This document shows, in pieces, positions 27,518-35,080 of a stretch of DNA of 64,000 nucleotides (its first letter is position 1; each line of letters starts with the position of its first letter). Source of the DNA: Eubacteriales bacterium (GTDB lineage Bacteria; Bacillota; Clostridia; Oscillospirales; CAG-382); NCBI GenBank assembly GCA_045533895.1, contig JAZSIT010000045.1, positions 2,499-66,498 of the forward strand. The letters are read 5' to 3'. Position numbers and translations under genes: made by a program. The notes below the pieces were generated by a model. That model did no database searches. It worked only from the letters and a program-made list of their open reading frames with translations, and was not told the origin of the DNA.

Positions 27518-28471
27518 ATGACCAGTTTTATTAATGCTCTTCCCAGTGCGGTGGCGCAGGGACTTATATGGGGCATAATGGCGATCGGCGTGTATATAAC
27601 GTACAGATTGCTGGATATTGCCGACCTTACGGTAGACGGCTCCTTCTGTACCGGCGGTGCAGTCTGCGCGGTAATGATAGTTGCAGGCTATAACGTATGG
27701 CTTGCTATGCTGGTTGCGTTTGTTGTCGGTATGATTACCGGCTGGGTAACGGGCATTCTGCACACCAAGCTGGGAATACCCGCTATTCTTGCAGGTATAC
27801 TCACACAGCTTGCTCTGTGGTCGGTAAACCTTGCCATAATGGCGATGAAGGCTAACCAGCCCATTAACGCAAGCAGCTATAAGCTTTTGGTATCTCTCCG
27901 CTTCCTGCAGGATGTTGCAAAGGGACAAAAACCCTTCTACATGCACCCTCTGTTTACGGTTGGTCTGTTTACCATAGGAATTATCGCTTTGCTTTACTGG
28001 TTCTTCGGCACCGAATTGGGCGCATCTCTCCGTGCTACCGGCGCAAACGGAAATATGTCCCGCGCACAGGGTATAAACACCAACTTCAACAAGGTTTTGG
28101 GACTTATGCTGTCCAACGGTCTTGTTGCTTTGTCCGGCGCACTCCTTGCACAATACCAGAGCTTTGCGGATATTAATATGGGCAGAGGCGCAATAGTTAT
28201 CGGTCTTGCCGCAGTTATTATCGGTGAAGTGCTTTTCAGCAAGATATTCCGCAATTTTGCGCTTAAACTGCTTTCCGTAAGCTTCGGCGCAATAATTTAC
28301 TACATCGTTATTCAAGCGGTAATAAGCCTGCTGGATATCAACTCCAACTATATGAAGCTTATCTCCGCAGTAATAGTTGCTGTATTCCTTGCAGTTCCCT
28401 ATCTGCGCCACAGCTTCAGAGGCAAGCGGGCAAAGCCTGCCAAAGCCGGAAAGGAGAACACCAATGCTTAA
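27518..28471 (+). CDS. ABC transporter permease (COG4120-type)
   Basis: 317 aa polytopic protein. Overlaps the ATPase start by 8 nt. Confidence 0.88.
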   Translation: MTSFINALPSAVAQGLIWGIMAIGVYITYRLLDIADLTVDGSFCTGGAVCAVMIVAGYNVWLAMLVAFVVGMITGWVTGILHTKLGIPAILAGILTQLALWSVNLAIMAMKANQPINASSYKLLVSLRFLQDVAKGQKPFYMHPLFTVGLFTIGIIALLYWFFGTELGASLRATGANGNMSRAQGINTNFNKVLGLMLSNGLVALSGALLAQYQSFADINMGRGAIVIGLAAVIIGEVLFSKIFRNFALKLLSVSFGAIIYYIVIQAVISLLDINSNYMKLISAVIVAVFLAVPYLRHSFRGKRAKPAKAGKENTNA

Positions 28472-29258
28472 GGTACAAAACATACGCAAGGTATTCAACG
28501 CCGGCACGGTTAATGAGAAGGTTGCTATTAACGACCTTTCCCTTGAATTGAGATCCGGTGATTTCGTAACCGTTATCGGCGGTAACGGCGCCGGTAAAAG
28601 TACGCTGCTCAACTGCGTTGCAGGCGCGTATATAACCGATGCAGGCAATATTCTTATTGACGGCGTGGACGTTACCTTCCTGCCCGAGCATAAGAGAGCA
28701 AAGTATATCGGCAGAGTATTCCAGGACCCTATGATGGGTACTGCCGCAACAATGCAGATAGAAGAAAATCTGGCGCTTGCTTCCCGCCGCGGAAAAATGC
28801 GTCTGCTGGGCCCCGGTATAACAAAAAAAGAGCGCGAGGAATACCGCGAGCAGCTTAAGATTCTGGGTCTGGGTCTGGAAGACCGTATGACAGCCAAGGT
28901 CGGTCTGCTTTCCGGCGGACAGAGACAGGCGCTTACTCTGCTTATGGCGACACTCCGCCAGCCCAAGCTTTTGCTCCTTGACGAGCATACCGCAGCCCTT
29001 GACCCCAAGACCGCCGCAAAGGTGCTTGAGACGACCGAGAAAATAGTTACACAAAATAACCTTACCACACTTATGATAACCCACAATATGCGCGACGCTA
29101 TTGCATACGGCAACCGCCTTATAATGATGCACGAGGGCAGAGTTGTGGTTGATGTTTCCGGCGAAGAAAAGAAAAACCTCACCGTGGAACAGCTTATGGG
29201 TCTGTTCTCCAAAACAAGCGGCACGGAGATCGCAAACGATAAACTACTGCTTTCATAA
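28464..29258 (+). CDS. ABC transporter ATP-binding protein (COG1101-type)
   Basis: Start at MLKVQNIRKVF (AAGGAG RBS). GGNGAGKST, LSGGQRQ, LLLLDEHTAALD. Confidence 0.92.
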   Translation: MLKVQNIRKVFNAGTVNEKVAINDLSLELRSGDFVTVIGGNGAGKSTLLNCVAGAYITDAGNILIDGVDVTFLPEHKRAKYIGRVFQDPMMGTAATMQIEENLALASRRGKMRLLGPGITKKEREEYREQLKILGLGLEDRMTAKVGLLSGGQRQALTLLMATLRQPKLLLLDEHTAALDPKTAAKVLETTEKIVTQNNLTTLMITHNMRDAIAYGNRLIMMHEGRVVVDVSGEEKKNLTVEQLMGLFSKTSGTEIANDKLLLS

Positions 29259-29285
29259 AACAAAATCACCCCAACAACAAAATCA

Positions 29286-29322
29286 CCTGCCGTTTTAAAT
29301 AAAGCGGCAGGTTTTGAATTTT
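29286..29322 (+). terminator. Intrinsic terminator of the ABC operon
   Basis: CCTGCCG...CGGCAGG followed by TTTTGAATTTTG. Confidence 0.7.
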
Positions 29323-29569
29323 GCATAAAAATATTTTTATTTTTTTTAAAGTAACTGTAACCTTTTTGCGTTTTGGAAGGTATTATGTGTGAAAGGCGGC
29401 GGTTCCCATGGTTTCATTTTTCTTTACGAATACAAACGAGAAAAATAATGAAACGCACGGGGACGGCACGTATACGGTAAAAGTTCGACTTAAAAATTCC
29501 ACCGGTAAGAAAGCTTATTTCGGGCTTGCTTGGTGGCAAGAAAACTGATAAAACAGAAAGGGGTACATT

Positions 29570-29986
29570 ATGAAAAGAACGTTATACATTTTGCTTTGCG
29601 TTCTTCTGACACTTTGCATGCTTGTGAGCTGTGAAGACTCAGAGGAAAGTATTGCAAGTGTAAGCAAGGATATGCCTACCGAAGATTCAAGCAATATAGC
29701 AGGTGAGATATTTCAAGAAAATAGCAATATTACAGAGAACGCAAAACAAGTGGTTGATATAGTACCTGACGGAGACGGTTTTGACGCTGCGCTTGATAAC
29801 TTTTATGAAGACGACGAATATATTTATCAGTTTGGCTGCTTAATGAGTGATGCAATAACAGTATATTACTCTGACGGTACTACACAAAACGTAAAAGAAG
29901 CACTGGCCGACGGCAATATTGTTATTACCGATCTTAATAAATTTGGTATAACCTATACAAGAATACCCAAAGACGTTTCAAACTAA
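29570..29986 (+). CDS. Small lipoprotein, unknown function
   Basis: MKRTLYILLCVLLTLCMLVSC lipobox. 138 aa, acidic. Confidence 0.7.
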   Translation: MKRTLYILLCVLLTLCMLVSCEDSEESIASVSKDMPTEDSSNIAGEIFQENSNITENAKQVVDIVPDGDGFDAALDNFYEDDEYIYQFGCLMSDAITVYYSDGTTQNVKEALADGNIVITDLNKFGITYTRIPKDVSN

Positions 29987-29998
29987 ATGATACAAAAA

Positions 29999-30040
29999 AC
30001 ACGGCGGAGAAAGTTTTCCTTTCTCCGCCGTGTTCTTTTT
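29999..30040 (+). terminator. Intrinsic terminator
   Basis: ACACGGCGGAGAAAG-loop-CTTTCTCCGCCGTGT followed by TCTTTTT. Confidence 0.85.
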
Positions 30041-30070
30041 GCGGGGGTATCCTTTTTTGGGGTATCCTTT

Positions 30071-30111
30071 TTGTATCATTGTGTCGAAGTTCGTAATATA
30101 TTGATATTACG
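30071..30111 (+). promoter_or_regulatory. Putative promoter (TTGTAT-17-TAATAT) overlapped by a 20-bp palindrome, a Zur/Fur-family-like operator candidate
   Basis: CGTAATAT-attg-ATATTACG at 30092-30111. The half-sites resemble Firmicute Zur-box halves TCGTAAT/ATTACGA but with a longer spacer. Sits directly upstream of a ZIP transporter gene. Confidence 0.35.
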
Positions 30112-30125
30112 GAGGTTGATATCTT

Positions 30126-30878
30126 TTGGTACAGATAATTAACGGGATGTTGATACCCTTTGTGGGCACGGCGCTGGGCGCGGCGTGCGTATTCTTTTTG
30201 AAAAAGGACTTGTCCCCACGAGTGCAAAAGGGGTTTCAGGGCGGTGCCGCAGGGGTTATGGTAGCGGCAAGCTTTTTTAGTCTGCTGGTGCCGTGTATTG
30301 AGCAAAGCGAGGGAATGGGAAAACTGAAATTTATTCCCGCCGCCGCAGGATTGTGGACGGGATTCCTTTTTTTAATGCTGCTTGATATAATCATACCTAA
30401 AATATACGCCAGTGCAAAGGCAGACGGCGGTAAAAGCAAAAGAACCACCATGCTGTTTTTGGCAGTAACACTGCACAACGTGCCGGAAGGAATGGCTGTG
30501 GGCGCGGTGCTGGCAGGGCTTGCCGAAGGGGACGCAGGCATAACCGCCGCCGCGGCGGTAACACTTTCTTTGGGAATTGCATTCCAGAATTTCCCCGAAG
30601 GCGCCATAATTTCCCTGCCCCTGAAAGCAAAAGGAATGGGCAAAGGAAAAGCGTTTATGTGGGGAGCGCTGTCCGGCGCGGCAGAGCCGGTGGCGGCGGT
30701 ATTAACGCTTCTGCTGGCAGGCTTTCTTACACCCCTTATACCCTACTTTCTGTCCTTTGCCGCAGGCGCTATGATATTTGTGGTGGTTGAGGAGCTGATG
30801 ACCGAAAACTCACGCACGGGGAATATATTTTTTGCTATTGGATTCACACTGATGCTGATAACCGACTGTATTTTATAA
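30126..30878 (+). CDS. ZIP-family divalent metal (zinc) transporter
   Basis: HNVPEGMAVG and QNFPEGAIISLPL motifs. 250 aa, TTG start. Confidence 0.88.
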   Translation: MVQIINGMLIPFVGTALGAACVFFLKKDLSPRVQKGFQGGAAGVMVAASFFSLLVPCIEQSEGMGKLKFIPAAAGLWTGFLFLMLLDIIIPKIYASAKADGGKSKRTTMLFLAVTLHNVPEGMAVGAVLAGLAEGDAGITAAAAVTLSLGIAFQNFPEGAIISLPLKAKGMGKGKAFMWGALSGAAEPVAAVLTLLLAGFLTPLIPYFLSFAAGAMIFVVVEELMTENSRTGNIFFAIGFTLMLITDCIL

Positions 30879-30943
30879 AAGGTTGAATTTTTATAAAAAA
30901 TATTGTATAATGTGATATACCACAAAAAGGAAGTAAATACAAA

Positions 30944-31909
30944 ATGATTTTTGAAAAGCAGATAGAAAAGGTGTTTCGCGCCACCCTTTACAGCAGGTGC
31001 GACGATAACGGAACGGCGTATTATTTTTCCCACAAGGATTTTTTGGGGCTTAACGCACAGCCGTACACCTTCACTTCATCAACAGGAAACAAGCTAAAGG
31101 GGTATTTTTATTCATACGAAAATCCCGTACCCAGCCGTCTTGTAGTCTTTGACCACGGTTACGGCGGCGGACACCGCTCTTATATGAAGGAAATTGAAAT
31201 GCTGTGCAGACACGGCTACAAGGTCTTTTCATACGACCACACAGGCTGTATGGAGTCCGAGGGAGACGGCTGCGGCGGATTTGCACAATCCCTCCGCGAT
31301 CTGGACGACTGCATTACCGCGTTAAAGGCGGACAACAGTGTTGACACCTCGGACATCTCGGTTATCGGACATAGCTGGGGCGGATTTTCAACAATGAATA
31401 TTGCTTCCCTTCATTCGGATATCACCCACGTGGTTGTTATGAGCGGATTTGTTTCGGTTGAAAAAATGGTACACCAAAACTTCTCGGGTCTGCTTAAAGG
31501 CTACCGCAAGCATATTTACGGAATTGAACAGCAAGCCAACCCCAAATACGTGGGATTTGACGGAACGGTTACTTTGGCAAATACAAATGCAAAGGTACTG
31601 CTTATCTATTCGGATAACGACGCGCTGGTTAAAAAGGAAATACACTTTAATTCCCTTAAAAACGCCCTTGAAAACAAGGAAAACGTTACCTTGCTTCTTG
31701 TGAAAAACAAGGGACATAATCCCAATTACACCGAAAACGCCGTAAAGCTTTTGGGCGAATACGGAAGAGCAAAGGGAAAAGCGATAAAGAAAAAGCTGCT
31801 TAACACCGACGAGGACAAAAAGAAGTTTGTGGCTTCCTTTGATTGGGATAAAATTACCGAGCAAGACGAAAAGGTCTGGAAAGAAATATTTAATATACTT
31901 GATAAATAA
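30944..31909 (+). CDS. Alpha/beta hydrolase (S9/dienelactone-hydrolase-like)
   Basis: GHSWGG nucleophile elbow. 321 aa. Confidence 0.8.
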   Translation: MIFEKQIEKVFRATLYSRCDDNGTAYYFSHKDFLGLNAQPYTFTSSTGNKLKGYFYSYENPVPSRLVVFDHGYGGGHRSYMKEIEMLCRHGYKVFSYDHTGCMESEGDGCGGFAQSLRDLDDCITALKADNSVDTSDISVIGHSWGGFSTMNIASLHSDITHVVVMSGFVSVEKMVHQNFSGLLKGYRKHIYGIEQQANPKYVGFDGTVTLANTNAKVLLIYSDNDALVKKEIHFNSLKNALENKENVTLLLVKNKGHNPNYTENAVKLLGEYGRAKGKAIKKKLLNTDEDKKKFVASFDWDKITEQDEKVWKEIFNILDK

Positions 31910-31912
31910 ATT

Positions 31913-31945
31913 AAAGGCTCTGCGTACGCAGAGCCTTTGGTTTTG
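31913..31945 (+). terminator. Palindromic terminator (left copy)
   Basis: AAAGGCTCTGCGTACGCAGAGCCTTT followed by GGTTTT, 4 nt after the hydrolase stop. 23/26 identical to 35048-35073. Confidence 0.75.
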
Positions 31946-32139
31946 TGGGATATATATTCGGGGTCCCCGCAAATCAAGGATTTGTGGGGTGTATATTTTG
32001 GGTCCCCGCAAAAGTGTTTTTTCGTGATATATGCCTTCTGTAGAGGTGTTTTGGGGTTCCCATAAAATCCGCAGGATTTTAGGGGTGGTTTTTCGTGAAA
32101 CACCCACGGCAACCAAAAAACCTTTTGTGGGGGGTATTT
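31941..32139 (-). repeat. Intergenic mosaic repeat (GGGGTCCCC family), locus B, about 4 units
   Basis: Units: TTCGGGGTCCCCGCAAATCAAGGATTTGTGGGG; TTGGGTCCCCGCAAAAGTGTTTTTTCGTGATAT; GGGGTTCCCATAAAATCCGCAGGATTTTAGGGGTGG (reverse complement of the 47.3-kb unit); TTCGTGAAACACCC...CAAAAAACCTTTTGTGGGGGG. Abuts the ABC exporter stop codon. Confidence 0.85.
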
Positions 32140-33852
32140 TTACTGTGAAATGGTAAACAGAGAATAAAAATATCCTTTTTTGGAAATAAGCTCGTCAAAG
32201 GTACCGATCTCGACAGCAGTCCCGTTTTTTAGTGTGATAATACCGTCATATCGTCTTAACAGCCCTTCATCAAGATCGTGAGTAACAGTGATGCAGGTGA
32301 TGCCGTCAAGCCCCAGAATGGACGAGGACACCTGATATGCCGTTTCCGCATCAAGGGAGGCAGTGGCTTCGTCAACCAAAAGCACACTTGAATTTTTGAG
32401 CAGACTGCGTGCGATTGAAACGCGCTGTTTTTCGCCTCCGGAAAGGAAAACACCGTTTTCACCGCACAAATAATCCTCACCCTTGCTTTCCGCAAGAAGG
32501 GAAAGCCCCGAAAGCCGCATTGCGTCCGATACCTGCTCATCGGAAAAATCACTGAACATAGTAATATTATCACGGAGGGACGCATTGAATACAAAGACGT
32601 TTTGCTGAATAATGCTTTGCATATCGTAAAGATTGCCGCTGTCGATACTGCGAAGCTCGGTATCATCGTAATATATTCCGCCCTCGTAATCGTGGTAGGA
32701 GGACATCAACAAATTAAGTAAAGTAGATTTTCCGCTTCCCGACGCGCCGACGAGAGCGTACTTTTTACCTGCCTCGAAGGTGACGTTAAGATTTTTCAGC
32801 ACTGTTTTTTCCTCATCATAGCCAAAGGTGACGCCGCGCAGAGTTATTCCTCTTTCAAGCGCGGTAACCGAGCAGTCGCCTCCGTCGGCTTTGTTTTCTT
32901 CAAGAGCGGAGGCAATTTTTTCCACAAGTCCACGGGCGGATTTATATTCCGCAAGGCAGGTGGGAATTACCGAAATGGGCTGTATGATATAGTTCATCAT
33001 CTGAACAAAGACCATTACCGTACCCGCAGTAATACCCTTGCCCGAAAGAGCAAGATATGCGCCGAACAAAAACACGCCCAGTTGTGCGACAATTCCCGCA
33101 ATAGCGCCGAACATTTGAACCAAAACAAGTATTTTTTCTTTTTCACCTTTGGCTTTTGCTAAGTTTTTTACCTTTTCGCCAAAGATTCGGCACATCTGCG
33201 TTTCTGCCTTAAAGGATTTTATAACGGTAAATCCGCCGATACAATCCTTTAACGACATGGTATATTCCTCGTTATGGATAGACACACTTTTTTCCGCCTG
33301 CTCTGCCTTACCGCCCGTTATAATTGCCGCCAGAACGGGCAAAAGGGAAAGCAAAACGGCAACGAGAGTGAGAAGCGGGCTGTACCATATCATCATAACA
33401 ACCGCGCCGATGAGAAGAGGCAGACATTCGCCGACAACAAAAATATTTGAAATATACCCCTTCTCTACCGCCGCAATATCGTTGGTCAAGGCTGATACGT
33501 AAAGAGAAGATCTTTCTTTTGAAAAGGCAGATATCTTCTTTTGGGTAAGAATGCGGAATATATATTCTTTGTACTGCGCCATACCCTTTGAAATAAGTGC
33601 GGGTTTTGTATGGTAGATTATAAAATAAATCACCGCCACGGCAAAAACAAGACAAAGGGTGATAACGGCAAGCTCTGTAAGTCCAAGCGCCTTTTCACTG
33701 CCGCTTACAAGGTCTACAAGCTGTTGTAAAAGCCACGCCACCGCGAGATTTGCGGCAACATTTAACAGCGAAGCCAGTGTCATAAGCACAAAAGGCAATG
33801 CATTACCTTTATAAAACTGCTTTACAAAGGGACGAATATTGGTTTGTTTCAT
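32140..33852 (-). CDS. ABC exporter, fused TMD-NBD half-transporter
   Basis: 570 aa with 6 TM N-terminal half. GASGSGKST, LSGGEKQR, VLLVDEATASLD. Confidence 0.92.
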   Translation of the reverse strand: MKQTNIRPFVKQFYKGNALPFVLMTLASLLNVAANLAVAWLLQQLVDLVSGSEKALGLTELAVITLCLVFAVAVIYFIIYHTKPALISKGMAQYKEYIFRILTQKKISAFSKERSSLYVSALTNDIAAVEKGYISNIFVVGECLPLLIGAVVMMIWYSPLLTLVAVLLSLLPVLAAIITGGKAEQAEKSVSIHNEEYTMSLKDCIGGFTVIKSFKAETQMCRIFGEKVKNLAKAKGEKEKILVLVQMFGAIAGIVAQLGVFLFGAYLALSGKGITAGTVMVFVQMMNYIIQPISVIPTCLAEYKSARGLVEKIASALEENKADGGDCSVTALERGITLRGVTFGYDEEKTVLKNLNVTFEAGKKYALVGASGSGKSTLLNLLMSSYHDYEGGIYYDDTELRSIDSGNLYDMQSIIQQNVFVFNASLRDNITMFSDFSDEQVSDAMRLSGLSLLAESKGEDYLCGENGVFLSGGEKQRVSIARSLLKNSSVLLVDEATASLDAETAYQVSSSILGLDGITCITVTHDLDEGLLRRYDGIITLKNGTAVEIGTFDELISKKGYFYSLFTISQ

Positions 33853-34934
33853 GTTCTCTCTCCTTTAATTTCCTGCCACATTTCGTATACCTCGGCAGGG
33901 GCACTTGCTTGCGTAAGGATATTTTCCGCTATCTTCATAACCGATTCACCCAAATCGTCGTACGCAGTGGTTGCTTCGGAGGATACCGACAAAAATTTAA
34001 CGTTATCCAATTTATGGGTAGGTGTATTATCAAAGGCGGATGCAAGCTCATACGCTATGCGAAGGTAGGAGGGGACGGCTTCCCAAATTCCCGCTTTTGC
34101 CGAAAGCTCAGCACAAGCTGCGTAACAGGGGGCTATAATTCTATCCAAATAACAAACTGTGTCCTTTTGAATTTTTAGGTTTTCAAAGGTGTGAGCAAGC
34201 CACAAATAAGCGTCTGCTGCCGCCAAAGGGTCCCCTTTTTTCTCGTAATAATCCCCGCATGCCTTCATTGTACGAAGAGCATTGTTGATAATACCGCTCA
34301 GAGCTTTATCAATATACGCTTCCACCTCTGCAGAATCAAAATTCTCTTTTTCTATACAGGCCAGCGCAATAAGTGAATCGTTTACACCGCATACGTTGTG
34401 TTTTTTAAGTATTTCAAGCCCTTTGTCCTTCTTCCCCAGCGCCATATAGCATTGGGCTTGTGAGTTACGGATGGATGCTTCGCTTATATCCGGATCCCTA
34501 TTCTGCGCCAAAAGAGAAACTGACTTATCCAAAAGCTCGATACTTCGGTACAAATATTTTTCGTTTTTCTCTTCTATACCCGCCACCTCGTATAATTCGC
34601 CTGCGCGGTAAACGACCTGAAAATTGTTGGGATAACGTAGCAGTGCGATTTCCGCTTGTTTGGCGGCACTCTCATATTTTTTATCGCACTGAAGGGCATA
34701 TATCCTTTTTTCTGCCTCTTTTGCACCGCCCACGCTCACCTCATATCCCACAAGCACATCCAGCGATACTTGAAACAGTTCTGCCATACGGACAAGTATA
34801 TCAAGCTCCGGCACGCTTTTACCGTTTTCCCATTTATACGCCGCGCCTACGGTAACACCCAAAGAATCAGCAAGTTTTTCCTGCGTGAACCCTTTTTCTT
34901 TTCTTAAACGCCTTATGTTTTCTGCTAAAACCAC
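33849..34934 (-). CDS. XRE-family HTH regulator with a long TPR-like C-terminal domain (RRNPP-like architecture)
   Basis: GTG start. IRRLRKEKGFTQEKLADSLGVTVGAAYKWENGKSVPELDILVRMAELFQVSLDVLVGY, then about 290 aa of helical-repeat sequence. ATGA-type 4-nt overlap with the ABC exporter. Confidence 0.85.
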   Translation of the reverse strand: MVLAENIRRLRKEKGFTQEKLADSLGVTVGAAYKWENGKSVPELDILVRMAELFQVSLDVLVGYEVSVGGAKEAEKRIYALQCDKKYESAAKQAEIALLRYPNNFQVVYRAGELYEVAGIEEKNEKYLYRSIELLDKSVSLLAQNRDPDISEASIRNSQAQCYMALGKKDKGLEILKKHNVCGVNDSLIALACIEKENFDSAEVEAYIDKALSGIINNALRTMKACGDYYEKKGDPLAAADAYLWLAHTFENLKIQKDTVCYLDRIIAPCYAACAELSAKAGIWEAVPSYLRIAYELASAFDNTPTHKLDNVKFLSVSSEATTAYDDLGESVMKIAENILTQASAPAEVYEMWQEIKGERT

Positions 34935-34958
34935 TATTATCCACCCTTTCTTTGTTTT

Positions 34959-34987
34959 ATTATACCTCCATTAACGCCCTATTTCAA
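34959..34987 (-). promoter_or_regulatory. Promoter of the XRE-TPR/ABC operon
   Basis: The minus strand reads TTGAAA-17-TATAAT. The -35 lies inside one arm of a 10-bp inverted repeat (34982-34991 / 35033-35042). Confidence 0.65.
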
Positions 34988-35045
34988 CCCACCGCCATTA
35001 CAATTTGGCTATTATTTTTTATACCAACAGTATGGGTTGAAACGC

Positions 35046-35079
35046 AAAAAGGCTCTGCGCGTGCAGAGCCTTTGTTTTT
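35046..35079 (-). terminator. Palindromic terminator (right copy) of the P-type ATPase gene
   Basis: AAAGGCTCTGCGCGTGCAGAGCCTTT flanked by A5 and GTTTTTG, 7 nt after the ATPase stop. Confidence 0.8.
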
Positions 35080-35080
35080 G

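Noticed and set aside
27512-29326. A 604-aa ORF on the minus strand spanning two genes.
   Set aside because: It is antisense to the well-supported ABC permease and ATPase genes. Its sequence is low-complexity and Ser/Arg/Cys-rich, with no RBS or motifs. It is a typical shadow ORF.
31388-32116. ORFs of 242 aa and 128 aa on the minus strand, and a 29-codon ORF inside repeat locus B, considered as possible signalling-peptide genes for the XRE-TPR regulator.
   Set aside because: The long ones are antisense to the alpha/beta hydrolase gene. The short one lies entirely within repeat units and lacks an RBS.
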